64,000 bases of DNA, from positions 96,001-160,000 of the IMG/VR virus record IMGVR_UViG_3300030012_005163; one strand, written 5' to 3'. This stretch comes from a virus. Positions 40,175 to 49,498 of this stretch are shown here, one piece after another. The notes below the pieces were generated by a model. That model was not told the origin of the DNA. It worked only from the letters and a program-made list of their open reading frames with translations, and did no database searches. Position 1 is the stretch's first letter, and every line of letters begins with the position of its first letter. A program made the translations under genes and the position numbers.

Positions 40175-40830
40175 TGAGAATACCTAAAAAAATAAGGGAC
40201 GAAATAAAAGAATTTTGTAAACTCAATGACATTGAGGATGTAGATAAGTTTATATTGAGTAATATTCAGACAGGATTTAACATAGAAAAATATGGTAATG
40301 CACCATTTATAAAAGAAGTTATAGTTGAAAAAGAAGTACCTGTTGAAACTATTAAAGAAATTATAGTAGAAAAAGAAGTACCTGTTGAAGTTTTAAGAGA
40401 AATAGTAAAAGAAGTACCTGTTGAAAAGGAAGTAATAAAAGAAGTGATGGTAGAGAAAGAGATTTATATTACAGATGATAATCAAGTGAAAGAATTAGGT
40501 GATAAAATAACTTTATTGGAAAATAATATTATTAAAAAAGAAAAAAATATTACTAATTTAAAAAATAAAATAAACAAAATAGAAAAAGACAGTATAATAA
40601 AAACAACAGAGTCTTTAGATAAAGATAGTGAATTAAAAAAACTTAATAATAATTTAGGGAAGAAAAACAATGAAATAAAAAAACTTAAAGGTAAAATTAT
40701 TGAGTTAGAGAAAGAAATAACAGATTTAAAAAATCAAAATAATACTAAAGGTAGACCCTTTAGAGACATTTATGACGAAGATGAGAATACTGGTGGACAT
40801 TGGGGATCTAACCTTATAGATAAAAAATAA
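40174..40830 (+). CDS. hypothetical coiled-coil protein with (V/I)EKEVPVE repeats
   Basis: Repeat block then heptads. Confidence 0.7.
   Translation: MRIPKKIRDEIKEFCKLNDIEDVDKFILSNIQTGFNIEKYGNAPFIKEVIVEKEVPVETIKEIIVEKEVPVEVLREIVKEVPVEKEVIKEVMVEKEIYITDDNQVKELGDKITLLENNIIKKEKNITNLKNKINKIEKDSIIKTTESLDKDSELKKLNNNLGKKNNEIKKLKGKIIELEKEITDLKNQNNTKGRPFRDIYDEDENTGGHWGSNLIDKK
40330..40425 (+). repeat. Three exact 18-bp coding repeats aaagaagtacctgttgaa (KEVPVE)
   Basis: Copies at 40330, 40372, 40408. Confidence 0.85.
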
Positions 40831-40834
40831 TAAT

Positions 40835-43216
40835 ATGGAAAACAATATTGAAGTGGTAAGAACAAAAAAATTAGTAGACGTACCAAAAAATGCACAACTG
40901 AGAGTTGATTGGCAAGATTATCCAGAAAATAGGACATTAGAGACTATTAATAGAGTCAAAACTTATTTTTCTGATAAGTATGGGTTATCCAAAACCTCAA
41001 TTAAAATAAATTTTATCCCAATATTAAAAAATAGTGTCGGTAAAGTAGTAGACATTACCGATGGACTAATTGATAATATAATGGACACTGCATACCAAAG
41101 AAAGTTGTTTACTCAATGGATTGAAATAAATGGTGTAGATATAAATTTTGATAGGTTATGTAGGTTAGATGATAAAGTTAATGATGTCTTAGTTAATTTA
41201 GGTGAAGAAGATATTAGATACCGAAGATGGAGTATAAATAAATTGTGGATAGATAATTTTTTATCTTTTGGTGAAGATAATAATATTGATTATAATGGGT
41301 TAAAAGGATTAAGTATTGTAAATTCTTTACCTGCCAATCAAGGTGGTAAAACTATTTTTAGTATTGATTCTATATTATTTTTATTTTTTGGTAAAACTAC
41401 TAAAACAGATACTGCAGCAGAAATATTTAATACTTTTACCGATAAAGATGAAGTTACTGTTGGGGGTGAAATAAATATTGATGGTGAAGAATACATAATA
41501 GAAAGGAAACTATTTAGAAAGAAAACTAAAACAGGTAATTATAAAACTTCTTCTGAATTAAATTTTTTCCGAGTATTATCAGATGGTAGTCATGAAAATT
41601 TAGAAGGTGAACAACGTAGAGAAACAGATAAATTAATATCGGAGACTATTGGGACATACGATGATTTTATGTTGACTATTGTTGCAACTGCAAAAAACTT
41701 AGAGGATCTATTAGAAACTAAACCAACCCAAAGAGGTAGACTTTTAACTAAATTTATTGGGTTAGAGATTATTGAGAAAAAAGAAGAGATTAATAAAGGA
41801 TTAATGTCGGATTTTAAAAGTAAGATGAAATCTAATGTTCATAATACTAAAGAGTTAGAATTTGAAATAGAAGATAATATTATAAAGATAAAAGAAAATA
41901 AAGAATTAATAAAAGAAAATAATAATAAATTATTTAAAATAGATGGGGAAATATCTGAAGCTAATTCTAAAAAAGAAATTTTATTATCCGAAAAATATGT
42001 GATTGATGATGAAGTTAGTAATGTTAACCCTAAAACCCTTAAAGATGAAATAGATACTTTAACTGATGAAGGTGTTACTAAGAAAAAATCTTTAGATGAT
42101 ATTATAAAAAACATTACTAAGATAGGTGATGTAGATTATGATGAAGACAAACATGAGGAGATTAGAGAAGAAGAAAAAGATTTACTATTGAAAGAAAGTA
42201 AAGAATTAAGTAATAAAGAAAGAAAAGAGTTATTAATAAAAAATTTGGAGGAAGGAGAAATTTGTCCAACATGTAAAAGAGCATTAGAAGACGTTGATCA
42301 TAGTGAAGAGATAAAAGAGGAAAAGAAAAATTTAAAAAATATAAAAGACTTAATAAAAGTAATACAAAAAGATTTAGGTGTCACACTTAAGTCTTTGGAT
42401 AAACAAAGTAATCTAAAAACTATTTCTGATGAAAAAGATAAGTTAGAATTAAGTAGAGACAGATTAGAAGTAGAGATTGATGGGTTAAGAGTCGATTTAA
42501 AAGAAAAAATGAATCTACAGAAGAACTATGAACGTAATATTGAATATATTGAAAAGAATAGAAATTTAGAAAGTAAGATATTAGGATATAACCAACTTTT
42601 AGAAAAACTAAATAAAAAAAGAGATGGTATCAGAAATGAAATACAGGATCTTAAAAATGATAATAAAGTAAAAAAACAAAATAATATCGATAATCAAAAT
42701 ATAATAGAACAGATATTAAGAGAAGAAGAGGTATTAAAAATATTTGAGATTTATAATAGGATGATAGGTAAAAACGGTATTTCAAAATTAGTTCTATCTT
42801 CAGTAATTCCTATAATAAATTATGAACTAGACAGACTGTTAGATGAAGTATGTGATTTCCAAATACAGTTAGAGATTAATGATAAAAATGAAGTAGATTT
42901 TAATATAGTTAAAAAAGACGTAACCAAAAAGTTAAAATCAGGATCAGGATTAGAAACAACATTAGCATCTTTAGCTCTTCGATGTGTACTAGGTAGAATT
43001 TCTACGCTACCAAAACCAAATATTATCGTCTTTGATGAGGTGTTAGGTAAAGTTGCTAATATAAATTTAGATTATGTTAAAATATTTTTTGATAAAATAA
43101 AAAAGATGTATGAGGTAATTTTATTGATTACACATAACCCAATAACACAAGATTGGGGTGACAAAATTATAACAATTGAAAAAAATAATGACGTTTCGTC
43201 ATTGCAGATTAAATAA
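40835..43216 (+). CDS. sbcC: SbcC/Rad50/gp46-like SMC ATPase
   Basis: NFLSFG, Walker A NQGGKT, coiled coils with CPTC zinc hook, signature KSGSGLE, Walker B IVFDE, LITH. Confidence 0.88.
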   Translation: MENNIEVVRTKKLVDVPKNAQLRVDWQDYPENRTLETINRVKTYFSDKYGLSKTSIKINFIPILKNSVGKVVDITDGLIDNIMDTAYQRKLFTQWIEINGVDINFDRLCRLDDKVNDVLVNLGEEDIRYRRWSINKLWIDNFLSFGEDNNIDYNGLKGLSIVNSLPANQGGKTIFSIDSILFLFFGKTTKTDTAAEIFNTFTDKDEVTVGGEINIDGEEYIIERKLFRKKTKTGNYKTSSELNFFRVLSDGSHENLEGEQRRETDKLISETIGTYDDFMLTIVATAKNLEDLLETKPTQRGRLLTKFIGLEIIEKKEEINKGLMSDFKSKMKSNVHNTKELEFEIEDNIIKIKENKELIKENNNKLFKIDGEISEANSKKEILLSEKYVIDDEVSNVNPKTLKDEIDTLTDEGVTKKKSLDDIIKNITKIGDVDYDEDKHEEIREEEKDLLLKESKELSNKERKELLIKNLEEGEICPTCKRALEDVDHSEEIKEEKKNLKNIKDLIKVIQKDLGVTLKSLDKQSNLKTISDEKDKLELSRDRLEVEIDGLRVDLKEKMNLQKNYERNIEYIEKNRNLESKILGYNQLLEKLNKKRDGIRNEIQDLKNDNKVKKQNNIDNQNIIEQILREEEVLKIFEIYNRMIGKNGISKLVLSSVIPIINYELDRLLDEVCDFQIQLEINDKNEVDFNIVKKDVTKKLKSGSGLETTLASLALRCVLGRISTLPKPNIIVFDEVLGKVANINLDYVKIFFDKIKKMYEVILLITHNPITQDWGDKIITIEKNNDVSSLQIK

Positions 43217-43291
43217 TTTGCCGTATATTTGTAAAAATTGGGTAATGGTACTCAATTTGTAAGTATATATTTAAAAAGTAAAAGTTTTAAT

Positions 43292-43792
43292 ATGGAACAA
43301 CTAAGATTAAAAAAATATTGTCTAATAGGTTTAGATGAAATAGATGAAATAAAAAAAGATTTAGAAACATTATCAAATGACATAGTAAATTATGCCACTG
43401 GTAATGATTTAATTATCGCAACATTTAAATCGGAATTTAATATTATTGAATTAGAAGAGTTTCTTAATTTAGAAAAAAGAGCTTACATTGTTTTTGAAAT
43501 GTTACCAGCAATTTTTTCAGCAAATTTATTAATAGAAAAATTTCAAGACGCATTATTTGGTGGTAAGATAGACAATAGTGAATATACCCCATTATTTGAG
43601 GCTAGAAATAATATGGAGAATATAATGTCATTTACTGAAGAAATGGGTGAAAATATTGTAGAAAAATTTACAGATATTAAACCTATTAAACCTACTATGG
43701 ATGAACTGTTAGATAAAATTAGTAAAGTAGGTTTAGATAAATTATCTAAAATAGAAAAACAATACTTAAAAGAATATTCAAACGAACAATAA
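43292..43792 (+). CDS. hypothetical protein
   Basis: Ends in a DELLDKISKVGLDKLSKIEKQYL helical motif; likely start at ATG 43292. Confidence 0.65.
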   Translation: MEQLRLKKYCLIGLDEIDEIKKDLETLSNDIVNYATGNDLIIATFKSEFNIIELEEFLNLEKRAYIVFEMLPAIFSANLLIEKFQDALFGGKIDNSEYTPLFEARNNMENIMSFTEEMGENIVEKFTDIKPIKPTMDELLDKISKVGLDKLSKIEKQYLKEYSNEQ

Positions 43793-43803
43793 AATAAAAA
43801 ACT

Positions 43804-44610
43804 ATGGATTATAAAAGATACATTAATACCAAAGAAGATTCCATGTCTATATATCTTAAAGATGTGAGAAAAAGTGAAAGAATTACACCACAAGAAGAAG
43901 TAGAAATTGCTAAAAGAATTGCTAATGGAGATGAAAGTGCAATAGATGAATTAGTGATGGCTAATTTAAGATTTGTTATTGCTATTGCTAAAGACTATCA
44001 AAATCAAGGCATCTCTTTAGCGGATTTGATATCTGAAGGTAATTACGGATTAATTACCGCAGCTAAAAGGTTTGATTATACCAAAGGGTTTAGATTTATC
44101 TCTTATGCAGTTTGGTGGGTTAAACAATCTATTTTACAGTGTTTGAATGATAATTCTAGAATGGTTAGAATACCCGCTAATATGGTTAATAAGTTATCTA
44201 AAATAAATAAAGAAATAGAAAAATTTGAAAAGGAATTTGAAAGATCACCTACTTCTGAAGAGGTAGAATATCTTCATATACCCACATGTGGCTCTTTAAA
44301 TAAACACATTAATGAAGATGGGGACGAATTGTGTGCAGTCATCAAAGATGAAACTTTTGATAGTCCAGACTCAGGTGTAGATGAGAATGATACTTTATCG
44401 GGTAAACTCAATAGAGTGATGTCATATTTAAGTCATCGTGAAAGAGAAATAATTAACTGTTATTTTGGTATATACGGTAGCCCAATGACGTTAGAAGCTA
44501 TTGGTGAAGAATTAGAGTTAACAAAAGAAAGAATTAGACAAATCAAAGAATCTGCTATTCGTAAAATTAGAAATAATGTAGGAGATATTTTTGATTATAT
44601 GGATAAATAA
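43804..44610 (+). CDS. RNA polymerase sigma70-family factor (short RpoD/SigA-like)
   Basis: LVMANLRFVIAIAKDYQNQG, DLISEGNYGL, RFISYAVWWVKQ (region 2), region 4 TLEAIG..LELTKERIRQIKE. Confidence 0.92.
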   Translation: MDYKRYINTKEDSMSIYLKDVRKSERITPQEEVEIAKRIANGDESAIDELVMANLRFVIAIAKDYQNQGISLADLISEGNYGLITAAKRFDYTKGFRFISYAVWWVKQSILQCLNDNSRMVRIPANMVNKLSKINKEIEKFEKEFERSPTSEEVEYLHIPTCGSLNKHINEDGDELCAVIKDETFDSPDSGVDENDTLSGKLNRVMSYLSHREREIINCYFGIYGSPMTLEAIGEELELTKERIRQIKESAIRKIRNNVGDIFDYMDK

Positions 44611-44637
44611 ATAAATCAAAATTATTTTTTATACGAT

Positions 44638-44664
44638 AAAGGGGGTAAAAAACCCCCTTTTTTT
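44638..44664 (+). terminator. Rho-independent terminator
   Basis: aaaggggg/cccccttt stem plus T-run. Confidence 0.8.
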
Positions 44665-44703
44665 ATACACTTTTTTAAATTCTGGTGTTATTTATTATTA
44701 AAG

Positions 44704-44712
44704 ATATTTATA
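44704..44712 (+). promoter_or_regulatory. ATATTTATA putative late-promoter motif
   Basis: After the terminator, upstream of ATG 44737. Confidence 0.55.
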
Positions 44713-44736
44713 TAATATAAAAATAAAAAAAAAGTT

Positions 44737-45039
44737 ATGAAAAAATTATTAGATTTTATTGACAAATGGGGAAGTAGAATATCATTCGGTTTAGTTTTAA
44801 TTATATTTCTAAAAACATGTACTACTAATACTAAAATAGAAAAAGTACAAAAAGAATTAGATAAGAAAACAGTTACTATTGATAGTACATTAATTAAAAT
44901 AGACAGTAAGATTATCAGTGAAGACCAAATGATTAAATTAATTAAAGAAGTACCTAATTGGAAAACATTAGAATTAGAAGAGTTATCAGATAAGAATAGA
45001 ATACCTATTAACAAATTAAAAAACGATAACGAAAAATAA
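44737..45039 (+). CDS. Single-TM or lipoprotein-like coiled-coil protein
   Basis: Hydrophobic ISFGLVLIIFLKT followed by Cys, then heptads. Confidence 0.6.
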   Translation: MKKLLDFIDKWGSRISFGLVLIIFLKTCTTNTKIEKVQKELDKKTVTIDSTLIKIDSKIISEDQMIKLIKEVPNWKTLELEELSDKNRIPINKLKNDNEK

Positions 45040-45051
45040 AAAAATAAAATT

Positions 45052-46080
45052 ATGAAGTTAATTGGAAATTGGATTAAAAACAATCCTATACGCACACTGT
45101 TTTTGATACCGATTATACTTGTTGCAGCAATTTCTATTTCACACGTAGTTACATGGTATAGTATCGCAAACCCAATTAATTGGGCAATTTATTTATCTAT
45201 TGCTATCGAAGTAGGTGCAATGACTGCATTAGTCGCAGCAACTAATAGAGTAAAAGGTGGTGTATGGTTTATGTTTGGTTTAGTAACATTTATACAAATG
45301 GTGGGAAATATATATTTTTCTTTTAAGGAAATTGATACTACTGGAGAATTATGGAAATCATGGATAGAATTAACTACACCAGTTTGGGAAATGGTTGGTA
45401 CAGAACTATCTGATACTTTAGCCCTTAAAAGATGGTTAGCCTTTTTAGAGGGTGGGTTATTACCTATTATTTCACTTACCTCATTACACTTTTTTGTAAG
45501 ATACGATAGAAATGAAAATGAAAAAATAGACAAAGAAAAAATAATAAAAGAATATTTCGAAGCTAGAAATAAAAAAATGGTAGATATAGTAGAAAATAAA
45601 AGAGAGGATAAAGTGGAGGACGAAACTGAACATCTTCTTAAATCAGAAGCAAATAAAGAACATTTAGAAGAATCTATACAACAAGCTAAGGAAATAGAAA
45701 AAAAGATAGATGAAAAAGATATTTACGGTGAAAGTGATGAAGTTCCGTGGGAAGAAGATCCTGAAGTACAGGAATTTTTAGAAAAGATGGATGAACCAGG
45801 TCCATGGCCGGAGGAAGATGATAAAATATATACTGTAGGTGGATTAAGTGCAGATAAAGAAAGAGATTTTATTAAATTTCATAAAAAAGAAGAAGAGTTT
45901 AGTAAACAAATTAAGGAAGAAGAAAAAGAGTCTAATGAGACAGAAATTTTAAAGAAAGCTATTAATGAGTATCAAAATAAAAAAGAAGAAAAACCACAAA
46001 AAAAAAAGAATAAAAGTGGAATGATTCCTACGGAATATGGTAAAGTTAGGAGAAAAACTAATATTAAAAGAATTGATTAA
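45052..46080 (+). CDS. Multi-pass membrane protein with acidic C-terminal tail
   Basis: About 4 hydrophobic helices in the N-terminal half; E/K-rich C-terminus. Confidence 0.7.
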   Translation: MKLIGNWIKNNPIRTLFLIPIILVAAISISHVVTWYSIANPINWAIYLSIAIEVGAMTALVAATNRVKGGVWFMFGLVTFIQMVGNIYFSFKEIDTTGELWKSWIELTTPVWEMVGTELSDTLALKRWLAFLEGGLLPIISLTSLHFFVRYDRNENEKIDKEKIIKEYFEARNKKMVDIVENKREDKVEDETEHLLKSEANKEHLEESIQQAKEIEKKIDEKDIYGESDEVPWEEDPEVQEFLEKMDEPGPWPEEDDKIYTVGGLSADKERDFIKFHKKEEEFSKQIKEEEKESNETEILKKAINEYQNKKEEKPQKKKNKSGMIPTEYGKVRRKTNIKRID

Positions 46081-46691
46081 TGAAAGTTGATAATCTTACA
46101 TATGAATTAACTGAAAATAACTATTATAGTAAAGAATTTGAAAAGAAACAGATAGTTATTGGTAATACTTTTAATGAAAAATTTTATCATTTCAATGGTT
46201 GGTTAACAAGATTAGATGGGCAATATACTAATACTGCAAATTATACAATTACTAGAAAAGGAGAAGTATATGAACATTTTAACCCTACTTATTATTCTGA
46301 TTTTGTTAATGAAAAAAGGGTTGATAAAAAAATAATTTCTATTGTATTAGAAAATCAAGGGTGGTTAAAAAAAGATTTATTAAGTGATAAATATTTTGAT
46401 TGGGTAGGTAATACTTATAAAAGAAGAGTTAAAGTATATGAAAAAAGGTGGAGAGGACAACAATATTGGGATCCTTATACACCTAAACAATTAAAGTCTA
46501 CTATAGATTTAGTTAATCATTTATGTGATACATTTAAGATTGATAGAAAATGTGTAGGACACAATACATATACTAAAGAAGTAGGTGATTTTAATGGGAT
46601 AACATATAGAAGTAACTATTATAAAGATAATACTGATGTAAACCCTTCATGGAATTTTAGAAAATTTAAAGAAAGAATAGAAAAAATATAA
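46080..46691 (+). CDS. Amidase_2 / T7-lysozyme-fold protein, probably catalytically degenerate
   Basis: KQIVIGNT, NYTITRKGEVY, ISIVLEN, YTPKQLKSTIDLVNHLC, VGHN, TDVNPSW. Confidence 0.65.
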   Translation: MKVDNLTYELTENNYYSKEFEKKQIVIGNTFNEKFYHFNGWLTRLDGQYTNTANYTITRKGEVYEHFNPTYYSDFVNEKRVDKKIISIVLENQGWLKKDLLSDKYFDWVGNTYKRRVKVYEKRWRGQQYWDPYTPKQLKSTIDLVNHLCDTFKIDRKCVGHNTYTKEVGDFNGITYRSNYYKDNTDVNPSWNFRKFKERIEKI

Positions 46692-46700
46692 AAATAAGGT

Positions 46701-46709
46701 ATATTTATA
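46701..46709 (+). promoter_or_regulatory. ATATTTATA putative late-promoter motif
   Basis: Upstream of ATG 46724. Confidence 0.55.
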
Positions 46710-46723
46710 TAAAAAACAAAGAT

Positions 46724-47260
46724 ATGAATCAGCATGATGAAACAAGAAAAATATTAGAATTAATTAGAGAAAGTGGTAAAAAACCTTCAATAGGTAAAAC
46801 TTTAATTAAAGAACAAGATTTAAACGTACAATCACAAGATGAAAATGCGTTAGATCCTACAGAAATGAAAGAACAAGAAAGATTGTTTAGAGATACTGTT
46901 ACACAAAGAGTTAAATTTAACCAAATGAAACTTTACCCAAAAGCACAAAATGTAGAATGGAGTGGTGAATTTACTGATAATGCAGTAGAATGGTTCTATT
47001 CTTTAGATGACACACAAGGAGTTTATGTAACAACTGAACTATTACAACTTAGAGAAGATACAATGAAACTTTTACAAAAGTTAATTGCATATTATAAAAC
47101 ATGGTCAGATGACTGGGCGAAAAGAATTGCAGAAGAATATGAAAATCAACAAGAAGATGAAGAAAATGCCGAAGAAGGTCCAGATAGTTTAAACTCGCCA
47201 GGATTTGGGGAAGAAGGTGAAGGAGAATCCATGCCTAACCCAACCGAAGAAAATGCTTAA
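46724..47260 (+). CDS. hypothetical protein (possibly virion-associated)
   Basis: 178 aa, acidic tail, motif upstream. Confidence 0.6.
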   Translation: MNQHDETRKILELIRESGKKPSIGKTLIKEQDLNVQSQDENALDPTEMKEQERLFRDTVTQRVKFNQMKLYPKAQNVEWSGEFTDNAVEWFYSLDDTQGVYVTTELLQLREDTMKLLQKLIAYYKTWSDDWAKRIAEEYENQQEDEENAEEGPDSLNSPGFGEEGEGESMPNPTEENA

Positions 47261-47633
47261 AATTAATATAGACTTAAAGGCAATTTTAATATTATCACTA
47301 GCAGTTGCGTTAGTCCTAAGTTTAATATTTAGACCGAGTGTACCTATAGAGGAATATGAGGAAGAAATTAGTGTTTTACAAAAACAAAATAAAAAACTCC
47401 TCATATCAAATGATAGTATTATTAAAGCAAATATAAAATTACAAAAAGAGATTGATGTTATTTTATATGCAATTGATAGTACTAAAGTTGTCCTTCGAGA
47501 AACAGAAGATAAATTAAAAAAATTAGAAAAAAAGAGAAATGAAGTATCTAATATCGTTGATAATATGGATAGCGATGGTGTCACCAACACTATCTCAGAC
47601 TATCTCCAAAGGAGAGGTCAGAACAATCGTTAA
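47253..47633 (+). CDS. Inner-membrane spanin-like protein (N-terminal TM plus coiled coil)
   Basis: AILILSLAVALVLSLIF then heptads; overlaps the next gene by 95 nt; likely start ATG 47253. Confidence 0.5.
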   Translation: MLKINIDLKAILILSLAVALVLSLIFRPSVPIEEYEEEISVLQKQNKKLLISNDSIIKANIKLQKEIDVILYAIDSTKVVLRETEDKLKKLEKKRNEVSNIVDNMDSDGVTNTISDYLQRRGQNNR

Positions 47634-47994
47634 GAATGGTGATACATTAGTTATTATGAATTTAGAGGACGCTAAGGTTATACTTAACGATCTTTTAGAG
47701 TATGAGATTGCAGATAGTTTATTAACTGTTTATAAAGAAAAAGACAGTCTTAATACTAATACCATAACTCTACAAAAAGAGGTTATTTTTAAGTTAATGG
47801 AAAAATCGGATAACCAACAAAGTCAAATAGATAATTTCCAACAGATATTGGATAATAAAAATTCTGAGTTAGGTATGAAAGAAGATACCATTAAACAACA
47901 GAAAAAAGAATTACGAAAACAAAAACTTTTAAAGTTTTTAGGTTTTGGTGGATCAGTAATTCTCCCAATTATTGCAATATTGATTTTAGTCTGA
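47539..47994 (+). CDS. Secreted coiled-coil protein with C-terminal TM (spanin-partner-like)
   Basis: Signal peptide MKYLISLIIWIAMVSPTLS-Q, heptads, C-terminal FLGFGGSVILPIIAILILV. Confidence 0.55.
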   Translation: MKYLISLIIWIAMVSPTLSQTISKGEVRTIVKNGDTLVIMNLEDAKVILNDLLEYEIADSLLTVYKEKDSLNTNTITLQKEVIFKLMEKSDNQQSQIDNFQQILDNKNSELGMKEDTIKQQKKELRKQKLLKFLGFGGSVILPIIAILILV

Positions 47995-48012
47995 TTTTTT
48001 TCATAATATCAA

Positions 48013-48021
48013 ATATTTATA
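48013..48021 (+). promoter_or_regulatory. ATATTTATA putative late-promoter motif
   Basis: Upstream of ATG 48039. Confidence 0.55.
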
Positions 48022-48038
48022 AATAAACATGCATTACC

Positions 48039-48299
48039 ATGAACGACATTGAATTAAAACACATAATTAAAGAAGCGTTAACTAAAACCGATGAAAATAA
48101 AATTGGTGTAATGATACGTAAAGAGATTAAGGATGCGTTTGGTAGTGATTTAGAGAAAAAAGTTGCTAATATTGTTAATAAAGAAATAAAGGGGACTAAG
48201 TTTGAAAAGGAAGTGGTTAAGATTAGTAAAGATGTATTAGAGCAACTTTATAGAGAATTATGGATGAGACGTATGTTTTGGAAAAACGCAATAAAATAA
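48039..48299 (+). CDS. hypothetical protein (possible head-associated)
   Basis: MNDIELKHIIKEAL leader. Confidence 0.6.
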   Translation: MNDIELKHIIKEALTKTDENKIGVMIRKEIKDAFGSDLEKKVANIVNKEIKGTKFEKEVVKISKDVLEQLYRELWMRRMFWKNAIK

Positions 48300-49453
48300 T
48301 GGAAGATATAAAAAAAACCTACGATAAAGTAAGAGATATAATATTATCTTGTAATAATGCATCACAATTGAGGGTAGCGGTTAAGGTATTTAATAAACTA
48401 TTAGATAAACATAATAAGGATTTAACTGATAAACAAATAAATACTTTAAAACAATTAATCGGATTAATGAGAATCAAATGTGTTAAAGGAAAAGAAGAGG
48501 ATAAAGTAAATGAAATTTTTAATAGTGGAAAAGATTTTAAAACTCAATTAAATTTAAGTGGACAAAGTGAATTACAAGATTTAGCACCTCAAATGAAAGA
48601 AGAAATTAACATAGGTACACAGATAGAACAAAACCATTTACCATTAGAACAAGCACAGGAACTAGCTACTCAAAATGTAAATAAAATTGCTGACTATTAC
48701 ACTAATCCTAACTTTTGTATTATTGCAGTAGAAAGTAAAAATGGTAATAAAAAAACTATTAGAGTAGAAAAAGAATTGTACGAAAAAAGTAAAACTGATG
48801 ATTTACAATTAATAATGGATGATATGGAAATATTTCATGAAGATTTAGATACTAATGAAATTTCAAACAGACTTAGAGATCAGTTAAGACAACAACAAAG
48901 ACAAAGATTTACTAAAAGTGAAATTTTTAATAAAATAAGAGAAAAAAGAAAGCAAGAATTAAAAAGAAGAAGAGCAGAAGATGAGGTAAATGATGGAGAA
49001 TTAGAAGAAGCCACAGGTGCTAGTAGTGCAGGTGCCTTTGTTGCTCCATTAAATCAAGAACCTATTACTAGGAGATTTGCTAAGAATGAAATACCGGTAA
49101 CTAAAAATGGTATCACTAAACCTATAGGTAAAATATATTCAATGGATATTTTAGAAGAAGATGACGAAATTGAAGAAGCGGTGGATTATGGTTCTGCGGT
49201 AGGTTCTTATGTTACACCAGCAATGTGGGCGAAAAATAAAAAGAACTGGAGAGGAGCAAATAAATTAGCTTATCCCGGTGGTAAATTTGTTAATATAAAA
49301 GAAAAATGTTCTACCTTTCCTTATTGTAATCAAGGGTATGGTAGTAAAAAAACTTCTCCAATTACTTTGACAAATACCTCTGATATGAAAATTGATAATG
49401 TATTCAATGAGAATAAAATAATTAAAAAAAGTAATTTAAAACTTAAAAAATAA
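48299..49453 (+). CDS. hypothetical multidomain protein (possible head-associated)
   Basis: TAATG coupling gives start 48299; two EEA-x-(S/G)-S-A-x-G-x-(F/Y)-V-x-P motifs. Confidence 0.6.
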   Translation: MEDIKKTYDKVRDIILSCNNASQLRVAVKVFNKLLDKHNKDLTDKQINTLKQLIGLMRIKCVKGKEEDKVNEIFNSGKDFKTQLNLSGQSELQDLAPQMKEEINIGTQIEQNHLPLEQAQELATQNVNKIADYYTNPNFCIIAVESKNGNKKTIRVEKELYEKSKTDDLQLIMDDMEIFHEDLDTNEISNRLRDQLRQQQRQRFTKSEIFNKIREKRKQELKRRRAEDEVNDGELEEATGASSAGAFVAPLNQEPITRRFAKNEIPVTKNGITKPIGKIYSMDILEEDDEIEEAVDYGSAVGSYVTPAMWAKNKKNWRGANKLAYPGGKFVNIKEKCSTFPYCNQGYGSKKTSPITLTNTSDMKIDNVFNENKIIKKSNLKLKK

Positions 49454-49472
49454 TACATTATCTAATTAATGT

Positions 49473-49481
49473 ATATTTATA
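49473..49481 (+). promoter_or_regulatory. ATATTTATA putative late-promoter motif
   Basis: Upstream of ATG 49499. Confidence 0.55.
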
Positions 49482-49498
49482 TATAAACACACAATAAA

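Noticed and set aside
40330-40425. 18-bp repeats as a CRISPR array
   Set aside because: Only three in-frame coding repeats (KEVPVE) with short irregular spacing
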